Below, in pieces: positions 1 to 11,780 of a stretch of 42,044 bases of DNA. The position numbers were made by a program, and so were the translations under genes. The DNA comes from an uncultured Verrucomicrobiae bacterium (GTDB taxonomy: Bacteria > Verrucomicrobiota > Verrucomicrobiia > Limisphaerales > JAFGQR01). The DNA lies in NCBI GenBank assembly GCA_963788655.1, contig CAWBHS010000067.1, positions 1-42,044 on the forward strand, given 5' to 3'. Numbering within the stretch: position 1 is the stretch's first letter; every line of letters starts with the position of its first letter. The notes beneath the pieces are model-generated. The model did no database searches, had not been told where the DNA came from, and was given only the letters and a program-made list of their open reading frames with translations.

Positions 1-1
1 G

Positions 2-262
2 GACACTGGTGGTGCCGCCAATCTATGGCAGTTGCTGGCGCGGCCGATCCTCAGTCCCACGCCGTACCGCACCCCCTTGGCCGGTGTCTATCTCTGCTCG
101 GCTTCGACCCCGCCCGGCGGCGGCGTTCATGGGATGTGCGGCTTCTACGCGGCTGAAGCGGCCTTGCGGGAACGCTTCCAATGCACGGAAGGTCACCGGT
201 TACCCTCGCGAAGTCGATTTTCGATCTCGGAATCGAGTTCGGCGCCCAAAAGCAGCACGTAG
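2..262 (+). CDS. 3' end of NAD(P)/FAD-dependent oxidoreductase, phytoene dehydrogenase-like (partial, runs off window start)
   Basis: Frame open from base 2. C-terminal motif RP...[29 protein letters not shown] is typical of this family. Overlaps the convergent yihY end by 70 bp. Confidence 0.85.
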   Translation, partial: DTGGAANLWQLLARPILSPTPYRTPLAGVYLCSASTPPGGGVHGMCGFYAAEAALRERFQCTEGHRLPSRSRFSISESSSAPKSST

Positions 263-1068
263 GCCGTGAGATAAAACCACAGGAGCAGGACGACCACCGC
301 GCCCAATGATCCGTAGATTTTGTTGTACATGCCGAAGTGCGAAACAAAGAACGAGAACAATATCGAGGCGCCAATCCACACCGCCGTCGCCAACCCGCTG
401 CCCCAGGTAATCCAACGCCACCGGGCGCGCTCCCGGTTGGGGCCGTAGCGATACAACAGCGCCAGTCCCGCGGTAAACAGGCCTATGAGCAGCGGCCACC
501 GCAGGGCCGACACCACGGCGCGCGATGTTTCCGTTACGCCCACCAATCGCAGGGCGGACGGCAGCAGCATGATGGCGCCCACGACGAGCAGCGCCATGAG
601 CACTGCCCCCACGGTGAGCAGCAGCGAAAAGAGATTAAACCGCAGGACGCTGCGGCGTTCCTCCAGATCGTAAACGATGTTCAGGGCCTGGATGAGCGCC
701 TTCATGCCATAAGAACCGCTCCACACGGCCATCAAGAAACCCGACATCGCCCCGAAGCTCACCAGGTTGGAGGAACTGAAGATGGGCTTCAATTGCGCCT
801 CCAGCAGGTGCTTGGCGTCCGCCGGAATCACCGACCCCAACGCCTCGATCTGTTGCTGCACCACCGTTGGGTCCAAGATCAAACCGGTGATCGAAATCAA
901 GGCAGCCAGACTCGGAATGACGCCCAGCAACAAAAAGAACGCCACTCCCCCCGACACGATAGCCACGTTGTCGTCGCGCAGTTCGTGGCGCGTCCGTCGC
1001 AGGATGATGCGCCAGTCGCTCCATCCCAGCCGGCGGCTGGTGGATGTTCCTCTTGGTTGTCGTTTCAC
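193..1068 (-). CDS. YihY/virulence factor BrkB family membrane protein
   Basis: [17 protein letters not shown]...[35 protein letters not shown] motifs; about six hydrophobic helices. Confidence 0.95.
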   Translation of the reverse strand: MKRQPRGTSTSRRLGWSDWRIILRRTRHELRDDNVAIVSGGVAFFLLLGVIPSLAALISITGLILDPTVVQQQIEALGSVIPADAKHLLEAQLKPIFSSSNLVSFGAMSGFLMAVWSGSYGMKALIQALNIVYDLEERRSVLRFNLFSLLLTVGAVLMALLVVGAIMLLPSALRLVGVTETSRAVVSALRWPLLIGLFTAGLALLYRYGPNRERARWRWITWGSGLATAVWIGASILFSFFVSHFGMYNKIYGSLGAVVVLLLWFYLTAYVLLLGAELDSEIENRLREGNR

Positions 1069-1480
1069 ATTGTTGGTTCATTCGTCCGCGTCGGCCGAGC
1101 CGCGCAAACTCGAATTTAATTTTAGCCAAAAGCGTACCGATCCGCCGCCAAACCCGGGCGCCACTTCGTCGCGTCTTGCCATTCCGCCCAAGCTGCTTGG
1201 CCCTGAGGCGCCTCGGACGAGCGCTGGTTTCGCCTTATCGCCACCGGCGCCTTGGGTGGGCACTTGCAGAATGCACCCGCGCGTCGGGCGGTTTGCACGG
1301 AAAGCGCCCTTTGACTCGCCCGCATCGCTGCTCCAGCTACCGGATAATCCCGGCATTGCTCGAGTTGAGCTGACAGCTCAGGCTCAGAAAACGAATGGCC
1401 TGGTTTTAGCTGAAGATGGCGCCAGGCTGGGCGAATGGTGTCGCTCAGCACGGTCCACGTTCCCGGCCGGCCGGCCGTGC

Positions 1481-3729
1481 ATGAAAGCAAAAACTTCACT
1501 TAAAATTGGCCGCCGCCCCGTCCAGGTGAGCAACCTGCACAAGGTGATGTTTCCCGCCACCTCGTTTACCAAGGCGCGGGTGATTGATTACTACATCCGC
1601 GCCTCGGAATTGCTGCTGCCGCACTTGCGGAACCGTCCGCTCACGTTCAAACGCTATCCCGATGGGGTGAGCGGCGAATATTTCTACGAGAAGAACGCGC
1701 CTTCCCACACGCCCGATTGGGTCAAGCGTTTCGCCGTCGCCCGACGGAGTCGCGCTGCCGTGATTAATTACGTGCTCGTCAATGACCTGCCCACCCTGGT
1801 GTGGTCCGCGAACCTGGCCAATCTGGAACTGCACACGTTCCTGGCGCGCGCGCCCGGATCGAGCGCCCGACGATGGTGGTGTTCGACCTCGATCCGGGTG
1901 AGTGCGCCGACATTCTTCATGCCGGGGAAGTGGCCCGGTGGGTGAAGGAGATTCTCGACCGGCTCCAGCTCGAATCGTTCGTCAAAGTCTCCGGCTCGAA
2001 AGGCCTGCACCTGCACGTGCCGCTCAACACCCCGACGACTTACGAGGCCACCCAACGGTTTGCCAAACGGCTGGCCGAACTGGTCGCGCGCCAACACCCG
2101 GACGACGTGGTTTCCCAAATGGCCAAGGGCTTGCGCCGCGGCAAGGTTTTCATCGATTGGAGCCAGAACCATGATCATAAAACTACGGTGTCCGTCTATT
2201 CGTTGCGGGCTAAACGCGAACAGCCGTTCGTGGCCGCGCCGATCACCTGGGCCGAGTTGAATCGCGCGCTGAAGCGGGGCGACCCGGACGCGCTGTTCTT
2301 CGAGCCGGACGAAGTATTGGCCCGCGCCGACAAGCAGGGTGATCTCTTCGGGCCACTGCTGAACTGCCGGCAGCGATGCCCGCCCAAACTGGCCGACGCG
2401 TTGGATCAATTCGAAACCGCGCCCAAGAAATTCGGCCAAGCCCGGCGCAACCCGCAACCGAAATCCGGTAGCCGCGCCCACAAGCCGCTGGCGGCGTACC
2501 GAACCAAGCGCGACTTCCGCCAGACGACCGAGCCGCCGCCCCCGCCGGGGCCGCCGCCGCCGACCGCCGACGAACCGCTTTTTGTGGTGCAAAAACATCA
2601 AGCCAGCCATCTGCACTACGACTTTCGCTTGCAAGCGGAAGGCGTGTTGTGGTCGTGGGCGGTGCCCAAGGGCGTGCCCACGCAGACCGGCGAAAAACGA
2701 TTGGCCATGCGCACCGAAGATCACCCGGTCGAGTACGCGCGTTTTGAGGGCGTCATTCCTCCCGGCAACTATGGCGCCGGCACGGTGATGGTCTGGGACC
2801 TTGGCCGTTACGCGCTCCGTCGCGGCACCCCGGCGAAGGCGATGAAGTCGGGCAAACTTTCCCTGACGCTCCACGGCAAGAAATTGAACGGCGATTGGAC
2901 ACTCTTCCGCGCGCCCAGCCAGCACCGCGACGACGACCGCGAAACCTGGTATTTGCTCAAAGCCCATCACAACGCGCGCCCGCTGGGAGCGCGGCGTGAT
3001 GACCAATCGGCCTTGAGCGGGCGCACGATGAAGGCGATTGCCGCCGATCCACAGGCGCAATGGACCAGCAACCGCGCGCCGCCGAGGCAAGCACAACCCC
3101 GGCGCGTCGATGAACGGAACCAGGCGCGCCTGCGCCGCCAGCTCGCCCGGCTGCCCAAGGCGACGCCGCGGTTGGTCAAGCCGATGGCTTATCGGACCGC
3201 CAGGACGCTCCCGAAAGGCAAGGACTGGATTTACGAAATTCCCTTCGACGGCTACCGCACTTTGGCGCTCAAAAAGGGTGCCGTGGTGACGCTGCATTCG
3301 CCGGACGCCGCCGGATTGGAAAAGCGATTTCCCCATGTCGTCGAGGCCGTTGCTCAACTGCCGGTGAACAAGGTGTTGCTGGATGGCGCGCTTGTGGCGC
3401 TGGACACCCAAGGGCGCCCGGCCCCGAAACGGCTGCGGTCGAAGAGTCGATCACCGGTGTTTTATTACACCTTCGACCTGCTGAACTATGATGGCCGCAA
3501 TCCGACCAAGTTGCCGTTGGTCGAGCGCAAAGCGTTGTTGCGCGCCCTGCTCGCCGACGCCAGCGACCCGCTGCGACTCTCGGCCCGCTTCGCGGCGGCC
3601 GCCGCCGTCGCAACTGAGTTCCAGAAGCAAGGCTTGCCCGGTGTGATCGCCAAACGGGCCCGGTCCAAGTATGTGCCCGGCCAACGGAGCAGTGCCTGGA
3701 ACCGATACGAGTTTCCGGCATTCGGATGA
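1481..3729 (+). CDS. ligD: NHEJ LigD-like protein with polymerase, 3'-phosphoesterase and degenerate ligase domains; one frameshift near 1855
   Basis: Polymerase: SNLHKVMFP, KRYPDGV..EYFYEKN, VFDLDPG, KVSGSKGLH, FIDWSQN, YSLRA. PE: Y..KRDF..T.EP, FVVQKHQASHLHYDFRL, SWAVPKG, KRLA..TEDHP..Y..FEG.IP.G.YGAG.V.VWD. Ligase-like: YEIPFDGYR, FDLL, L.ERK. Joins ORFs 767..1945 and 1801..3729 at a C run. Confidence 0.9.
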
Positions 3730-4192
3730 GACCGCCGAAGCGGCCACAATTGCCGTAGCGCAGATTTGGCGAGACGTTCAGAAGCACCATTTCCAATCTC
3801 CACATTAAGTCAGGGGTCGGTCCCGACAATTGGTAATTCCTCGGAAACGATAAACGGGTGTGCTGGCGACTTTGGGGCCATTGAATTCGCTTTGTCACTC
3901 CTTCTGGTCAGGCGGCGCCGACGGCAGTTCTGCCTTCACGGCAAGGTCGGAAGCGGCTTCGTGCCGCTGCTCCTGGTCCGCTACGTAACGGCGCAGTTCC
4001 TCCGGAGACCGAATTAGCGGGCCCGGCTTGGGGATAGAGATCGACCCGGCTTAAGTGATCAAACATCAGGCGGTAAAAACCTGACGAGGCAGAGTCCAAG
4101 CCAAATCCAAACGCACTGAAACCCGAATGCGGCGTACCACCGCGCGCACTCCCAAGCCTGGCTGAACGGGGGTTATTTTCTGGAGCTCGCGC

Positions 4193-5506
4193 TTACGCCG
4201 GCGCGGGTGCCGCGTCTTCGATCTTGGCGTTGTCTTCCAGAAAATCGATCACTTTCTCGTGGACGATTTGTTGGACGATTTCCGAGAGCCCGTCGCGCTT
4301 TTCCAGTTCCTTCAGGAATTTGGCGGGCGCCATTTTGTACGACTGGGCCAGCACCACCACCCGCGCATTCACTTCTTCCGGCACCGCCCGGATGCCTTCC
4401 TTGGCCGCTATCTTTTGGAACAGAAACGCCACCTTCACCCGTTCCCGCGCGTTTTGGGCGGCCGCCGTATAAATCTGGTCTTTTTGCTGTTCTATGACCT
4501 CACTCGCCACCCCGCGCTGCTGGTTCTCGCTCACAATCTCATACACGAAGTTGCGCGTCTCCTGTTGCACGATCACGTCCGGCAAATCGAATTGCACCCG
4601 GTCGAGCAGCGCGCGGACAATCTGGCCCCGCACCGCGCGCTTGTTCTTCGTGTTCAGTTCGTTTTGCAGATCCTGGCGCACGCCCTCCCGCAATTTGTCG
4701 AGCGTCTCCGTCCCGTAGGTGGCCGCGAACGCATCGTTCAATTCCGGCAGTTGCCGTTGCTTGACCTCGACCACCGTCACCGCGTAGTCGCCCTTTTTGC
4801 CGGCCAATTGCGGCGTGACGAAGTCGGCCGGGAACTCGACCGTCACCGTGCGTTGCTCGCCCGCCTGGGCGCCGATCAATTGCATCGCAAATCCCGGAAT
4901 GAACGAATCGGGTTTCACTTCCACCCAAAAATCCTTGTGTTCGTTCAAGCCGCGGGCGGCCGGCGCGGTTTCGAGGATCGGTTTGCCCTCGCAGGTGCCG
5001 GTGTAATTGACCACCGCATAGTCGCCTTCGGCAATCGCCCGCGCCACGGTCTCGAACTTGGCGGCCTGGCCCTGGAGCGCCGCGAGCGCCCGGGTCATGT
5101 CCTCCTCGGACACGGTGCGGCGTTCCCGCCGGGCGGGCAGCCCCCGGTATTCGGGCAACTCGAATTCCGGGGAGGTTTCCATCGTGGCCGTGAAAATCAG
5201 CGGCTGGCCCTGGGCGAACTGGACTTCTTCGACGTCCGGCGAACCCACCACGTCGAGGTGGTGTTCCTGGACGGCCTGACGGTAGCTGCTGCCGATCAGC
5301 TTGCGTTTGACTTCCGTGGCGATGCCCTCGGCATGTTGCTTGACCACCATGGCCTGCGGCGCCTTGCCGGGCCGGAAGCCGGGCATGGCCGCATGTTTGC
5401 AGAATTCCTTCGTCACTTCCACGAAGGCTTGGTCCACCGCGGGGGCCGGCACTTCAAAACGGGCCAGCTTTTTGCAGGGGCCGAGGTTTTCAATTGTCAC
5501 ATTCAC
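4193..5506 (-). CDS. tig: Trigger factor
   Basis: Signature MPGFRPGKAP, FKBP-like centre (FIPGF..QL.G...GE, FP.D....LAGK), C-terminal chaperone domain. GTG start at 5506 (VNVTIENL) is more likely than 5665. Confidence 0.97.
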   Translation of the reverse strand: MNVTIENLGPCKKLARFEVPAPAVDQAFVEVTKEFCKHAAMPGFRPGKAPQAMVVKQHAEGIATEVKRKLIGSSYRQAVQEHHLDVVGSPDVEEVQFAQGQPLIFTATMETSPEFELPEYRGLPARRERRTVSEEDMTRALAALQGQAAKFETVARAIAEGDYAVVNYTGTCEGKPILETAPAARGLNEHKDFWVEVKPDSFIPGFAMQLIGAQAGEQRTVTVEFPADFVTPQLAGKKGDYAVTVVEVKQRQLPELNDAFAATYGTETLDKLREGVRQDLQNELNTKNKRAVRGQIVRALLDRVQFDLPDVIVQQETRNFVYEIVSENQQRGVASEVIEQQKDQIYTAAAQNARERVKVAFLFQKIAAKEGIRAVPEEVNARVVVLAQSYKMAPAKFLKELEKRDGLSEIVQQIVHEKVIDFLEDNAKIEDAAPAPA

Positions 5507-5601
5507 GGGCGAAATCTTTCCATCAGGTTTGGTCAACACCGATCCACTACGCGGCGCGGCTCCGGGGTGGGATCGAATCCCGCGAAGCCGCGAGCGTGAG
5601 A

Positions 5602-5631
5602 AACCTAGAGGAGCCGACAACTGAGCGTCAA
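5602..5631 (-). promoter_or_regulatory. Candidate sigma70 promoter for tig
   Basis: TTGACG-18 nt-TAGGTT on the minus strand, about 95 nt upstream of the start. Confidence 0.4.
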
Positions 5632-5792
5632 GTCTGGCTTCAATGGAATGCGCCGGCGCGCTCATTATGCATGCTGGAACAATCTTGACATTGCATCAGC
5701 AATGCGAGTTAATGCTCCGGGAATGTCCAAGAATTACAGCCAAGGCCCTGATGGTTTGGCCGGAAGTTTGGGAGCAACACACAGGAAGCACC

Positions 5793-8700
5793 ATGAATAC
5801 GCAAAGCCACTGGAATCTCTTCGGGAATCCCAACCAGGGATCGGATGTTCAAAACGTATCCGTCGCGCGAGCGGGTCGAACGCGATTCCGCGCAGGCCGG
5901 CGCCTCTTGCGTCCTTGGGCCAGTTTGGTGTCGGTCTTGGCAGCCGGCTGGGCCTGCCGGGCCTCCGATTGCACCTTGTTCCAGACTGCGCCCAGCTACA
6001 CCTCGACGAATGGACTGAATCTGGTGGCGGCGGCCGACCTCAACCGCGATGGCAATCCCGATCTCGTTGCCGCTGGTTGGGACGGTCTGCCGCTGACAAC
6101 GATGTTGGGCAACGGCGACGGAAGTTTTCAAGAACCGCGTGGATTCCCCGGGATCTATCGTCCTACCGCCATTGCCGTTGGCGATGTCAATAATGACAGT
6201 TGGCCGGACGTGGTGGCGGTGGACCAGCAGTCGGACATAGTCACATTTCTTGGACAGGGCGACGGCACGTTGCAGTCGGGTCTCACCACAGGCAGGCCAG
6301 GCCAATCGGCAACATCAGTGGCATTGGCTGATTTCGATAAGGACGGCAAACTCGATGCCGTGGTGACCGATCCGGGTCATTACCCGCACGTTCAGATTTT
6401 TCAAGGCCAGGGCGATGGCACCTTCACCTATCTCAGCACGTGCGATGCGGGAAGCAGTCCGACAATTGCCATGGCCGGTGATTTGAACGCCGATGGCATG
6501 CTGGATCTGGTGGTGGGGAATCTCGATTCGGCTGACGTGTCCATCGTGTTGGGGTTGGGCGACGCCACGTTTGCCTCCCCGGTGCAATATGGCGTCGGTA
6601 CAGGATCCCGTGGCCGTGGCCATCAGCGACTTTAACGCCGACGGCCACCCGGACGTGGCGGTGGCGAACCGGAATTCGGCTTCCATTTCCGTGCTGTCCG
6701 GCAATGGCGACGGCACGTTCCAGGCGGCCGTCAGTTACCCGGTGGAACCCTATCCAGTGTCGATCGCTGCGGGCGATCTCAACGACGACGGATACCTCGA
6801 TTTGGTAGTGGCGAGTTCCGGCACGGTCTCGGTACTGCGGAACAACGGAGACGGCACGTTCCAGACGGCATTTGATTACAACTCCCCGCTTGGAGCGCTT
6901 TGGTTGGCCACCGGCGACTTCAACGGCGACCGCGCCCTGGACGTGGTGGTGGCAGGTCACCACCTGTCGGGTACTGTTCGGCAGTGGAACAGGTAGTCTG
7001 GCGGACGCGCGCAGCTACCGGGTCGGCGACACCCTGCGCCGGATGGTGACGGGGGATTTCAACCGGGATGGTTGGCCGGATCTGGCGGTGTCCGGCAACG
7101 AGTTGGGATCCCTGTTCCTTTTGTTCAACCGGGGCGACGGCCAGTTCCAGCCGCCGGTGACCTGTCCGTCCGTTTCTAATTGCACCGCCATGGTCACCGC
7201 CGATTTCGACCGCGACGGCACCCTGGATCTCATCGTCGGCACGTCGCTACAGACGAACCTCTGGCTGCTGCTGGGCGTCGGCGATGGCACATTTCAAGAC
7301 CCGACGAGTCTTGTCGTTGGATTTGCAGCGAACCAAATGGTGCTCGGTGATTTCAATGGCGATGAGGTGCCGGACGTAATCGCCGTTGGTGCGAATGCGA
7401 CATCGTTATCGCTGTTACTGGGCCATGGAGATGCCACTTTCCAAGCGGCTCAAGCCCGCGAATTGGGCTTCTATATTCATCGCCTGGAACCGGTCGAAGT
7501 GAACAACGATGGCCGGCTCGATCTGCTGATCTCTGGATCTGAGTATGCGACGGAGAGGGTCTATCTGCTCCTCGGAAAAGGGGACGGTACGTTTCAGACG
7601 CCCGCTGTTTTATCCTTCGCCGAGGAATATTACGATACGCCGGGGTGGACGACGGGCGACTTCAATCAGGATGGCAACGTGGACATCCTGGCCACCTACA
7701 GCAACCACGACCGGCAATTCGTGTTCTTGGGCGACGGCAACGGCTCGTTCCAGCCCACTCCGCCCCGGGAACTGGGATCCCATTCCTGGAGTGTCTCCCG
7801 GGCGCTGGACCTGAACGAAGACGGCCGCCTGGACTTGGTGGCGTTGGACAGTCGCGCGTACACGCTCATCGTCTGCCTGGGCAATGGCGACGGCTCGTTT
7901 CAGTCGCTGCGCGATTATCCGATAGGCGCGTACCCTGACGCGCTGGTGGCGGCTGATTTCGACGGGGACGCCAAAATCGATCTGGCGGTGGCGAACCGGG
8001 ACGCTCGGTCGGTGGTCGTGCTTTTACGCAAGGATTGCAATACGCCGCCGTTCGCCGTCTGCACTAATGTGATGCTGGTCACGACCAACGCCGACGCGTG
8101 GGCTTCCATCGATGCGGGCTCGTTCGACCTGGATGTGGGCGACACCATCACGACCTTCCAGACTCCGCCCGGCCCGTATCCGCCAGGCAGCAATTGGGTG
8201 ACGCTGACCGCGACGGACAATCACGGGACCTCGTCAACGAACGGCGCCGCCATGGTGGTACGCCGGTTGGCCCAGTTGCCGTCGCTGATTCCCACCGGCA
8301 GTGTGTGGAAGTATCTCGACGACGGCTCGAATCAGCGCGAAGCCTGGCGCGAACCCGACTTCGACGACTCCCACTGGCTCTCCGGTCCCGGCCAACTCGG
8401 CTACGGCGACAGCGACATCGCCACGTTCGTCCAAAGCAATCGCACCGACGGCTCGCGCATTTTCACCTTCTATTTCCGGCACACCTTTTGGCTGGAGAAC
8501 CCTTCGCTGGTAACCAATCTCGCCGTCCGCCTGCTGCGCGACGATGGGGGCATCGTGTATTTGAACGGCGTGGAAGTGTTTCGCAGCAACATGCGGGAAG
8601 GGCCGGTTTACTACGACACTACCGCCATCACCGGCATTCCCAACGCTGACGAAGATAAATACTTCCCGACGCCGGTGCTGCCAGCCTTGCTGACGACCGG

Positions 8701-11673
8701 CGCCAACGTGGTCGCGGTGGAAATCCACCAGTGCAACGTCACCAGCACCGACGTGAGCTTCGATTTGGAATTGGTCGCCAACTCGCCCTTCGGTTATGTC
8801 CCGCCTGATCTGCTCAGCTTGATGCCGACCAATGGTTCGGTTTTGCATCTCGGTGAATCCATTCCATTGACAGCCAACACGGACGATCCAAACCGTCCGG
8901 GCGCTCAAGTGGAATTCTATTATCAAGCCACGAACGTATTGGGCACCGTGACCGAACCGCCCTTCGTGCTGGATTGGCTGGATGCTCCGGCCGGTCTGGG
9001 TTCTATCGCCGCCCAGGCCCGCACTGAGTTCACCCTGGGAACAGCTTTGACGAATGTCGTTTTCGTCGCCGATCGGCACACCTGGGTGAAGTTCTTCCCG
9101 GAGTTCACCTCCAGCAGCGGGTTGGTGTTGCAAACCGACGCAATCGTGACCGACGGCCGACTGCGCGTCTCGCAGTCCTACAGCTCGACCGGCGGAGCAT
9201 GGCTCGATCAGCGGCAGCCGCTGGCCGACGGCTTTGAGACCGTGTTCCAGTTTCAGATCAACGAGGTTTACGGTGACGGCGCCGACGGTTTTGCATTGGT
9301 CATCGAGGGCCATCCTTCACCCACGCTCGGCGGCGGCGGCGGCGGTCTCGGCTACGATGGCTTGACGAACAGCCTGGCCGTGGAGTTCGACACGTATCAG
9401 GCACCGGACAACGGGGATCCGAACAACTACCACATTGGCATCCACACGCGCGGCCCGTTGGCCAACGATCAAAGGGAGTCCGCCGCCATCGCCCGCACTT
9501 CCAGTGTGGCGGATTTCACCGATGGCAAAATCCACACCGTCAAAATCAGCTACGTGCCGGGAATTATGCGCGTCTTCCTCGACCGTTTCGATACGCCGGT
9601 GATTTCGACCGGGCTTAACTTGACCAATACTCTCTACCTGCCCAACGGCAGTGCCTGGGTGGGCTTCACCGCCAGTGGCGGTGGCTGGTATGAAAACCAT
9701 GACATCCTGCGGTGGGCATTTACCCGGCCACGTCGTCCTTCGGAAGTGCGGCTGGTGTTTCCCCGGGATGGAGCCACGTTCGTCGCCCCGGCCTCAATTC
9801 TATTGAGCGCGGCCGCTGACAGTCTGGATGGCGCGATCCGTCGGGTGGAACTGTTCGCCAACAGCACCCTGCTCGCCACCGTCACCAATGCCCCCTGGCT
9901 GTTCCGCTGGACCAACGTGCCGTCGGGACGATATCAATTGATGGCCGTCGCCATCGATGACCTCGACGAGAAGATATCTTCTGCTCCCGTCACGGTGACC
10001 GTCAATTCCCACCCCGTCGCCCAGTGTCATGACGTGACCGTGTCCGCGGAAGCGGGTTGTGTGGCGAACGCTTCCGTTGACGAAGGCTCCTACGATCCCG
10101 ACAGTGGCGACACGATTGTTCGTGTCCAGGCGCCCCCGGCCCTTATCCGCTCGGCACCAATCTGGTGATGCTCACCGTCACCGACAATTTCGGAGCCAGC
10201 AGCACTTGCAACGCGACCGTCGTCGTTGCGGACACGACCCCGCCGCAGATCACGCTACCGGGGGATCTTGTGGTGAGCACGGCCGAACGCACTTGCGCCA
10301 GCAATGTGGCCTTCAACGTTTCCGCCCACGACGATTGCGGGACCACGAGTGTGGACTGCCAGCCGCCCAGCGGCAGTTCCTTTCCCAAGGGCACGACGCT
10401 GGTGAACTGCACCGCCGTCGATGACGCCGGCAACCAAACCAGCAGTTCGTTCAATGTCACAGTGCTGGACAACGAGCAGCCGGAAATAAACTACCCGGAT
10501 AACTTCGTGGTTGATGCGGACGTCGGTCAGGGCGGGAAGAGCAACGTCACTTGGACGGTCACCGCCACGGACAATTGTGGTGTGGCCAAATTGGGGTGCC
10601 TACCACCCAGCGGCTCCAATTTGCCCGTCGGTGAGCACGAGATCGTTTGCACGGCAACGGACGCCAGCGGCAACTCAACGTCGTGCAGCTTCAGCATTCG
10701 CGTCAACGATCCGCCGGCCGTACAAATCCTCAAACCGGTTGACGGAACACTTTTTGTTCAACCGGCCAACCTTGCGATCAACGCCGAGGTTACCGACACC
10801 GACAGCAAAATTCGGGCGGTGGAAGTGTTCGCCGGCTCCAACCTCATCTTTTCGACTTCTATTGCACCTGAGCCCCAGGAACTGGCAACGCTTGCATCCG
10901 CGAACGTCGCGGCTTCCAGGGGGAGCGGAATGTTTCTACTGCCGTTGAACGCCATGGCCGACGTGTTGCCGATTGGTTCGGTCTGGTCCAACGCGCCGGC
11001 GGGCGAGCACGCGCTGATGGCCAGGGTGACCGATGACCACGGCGCCACCGGCACTTCCAGTGTGGTCAACGTAACCGTCCTGGCGCAGCCGCCCCTCGCC
11101 TACGCCCCGGTGACGATCGCTGATCTCGATCCCGCGTCCGGCTTGTTTCTGCAAACCATCCAAATCACCAATCCAACGCCCTACGCGTTCAAGGCACTGC
11201 GACTCTCAGTGCAACTGGATGCCGACAGCCTTGCCAGCGGCGTGGGCATTGGGAATGCGACGGGCACCAACAACGGCGTGCCTTACGTGGAGTGGAACTC
11301 GCCGCTGGCGGCCGGTCAAAGCCTTGACCTCGAGCTGGCTTACGACATCCCCGACCCGCAAACCATGCCCGACCCTGCGTTCACCGTCGAAGTAGTGCCC
11401 GCGGACCCGGCTTCCCCACCAACCGGCCCGGTGCTGATCGTGGACCATGTCGTGCAGTTGACCAACCGCGTGATCCGTGTTGGGTTCACCACCTTGAGCA
11501 ATCGAATCTACTACGTGCAATACAGCCGGAACCTGGTTGCGTGGAAGACCGTCCATCCGCCCATCATGGGCACCGGCGAAGACCTCCACTGGCTCGACCT
11601 CGGGCCGCCAGAAACCGAAACCCCGTCAGAAAGTGAGCCCAATCGGTTTTACCGGCTGCTGGTGTTGCCTTGA
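5793..11673 (+). CDS. Large exported protein: FG-GAP/VCBS repeats, galactose-binding-like domain, Ig-like domains, legume-lectin domain, HYR domains, C-terminal FYRL domain; frameshifts near 6600, 6965 and 10138
   Basis: More than ten D(F/L)NxDGxxDL...GxGDGTF repeats; lectin motifs GADGFA and SLAVEFDTY; HYR motif DTTPP..C.PPSGS.FP.G.T.V.CTA.D.AGN. ORFs 5643..6635, 6493..6996, 6872..10168 and 10165..11673 join seamlessly. AGGAAG precedes ATG 5793. Confidence 0.85.
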
Positions 11674-11780
11674 GCAATGGGAAGCGACCGCAGCACACGA
11701 TTGGCGAAAGCAATTACTGCATCCCCAACAACGTCTGCGGCAGCCACCTGCGACCCAATAATCCAAAAGCTCGTTGAAGT

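Noticed and set aside
767..1480. N-terminal extension of the 392 aa ORF
   Set aside because: Overlaps yihY antisense; LigD similarity begins at ATG 1481.
1768..3411. Long antisense ORFs (also 4259..5599, 8234..9313, 15730..16908, 16957..18231, 21336..22841)
   Set aside because: Shadow frames opposite well-supported genes in high-GC DNA, with no recognisable motifs.
9328..9345. (GGC)n run as a contingency locus
   Set aside because: In-frame Gly run within the normal legume-lectin GG.LGY loop.
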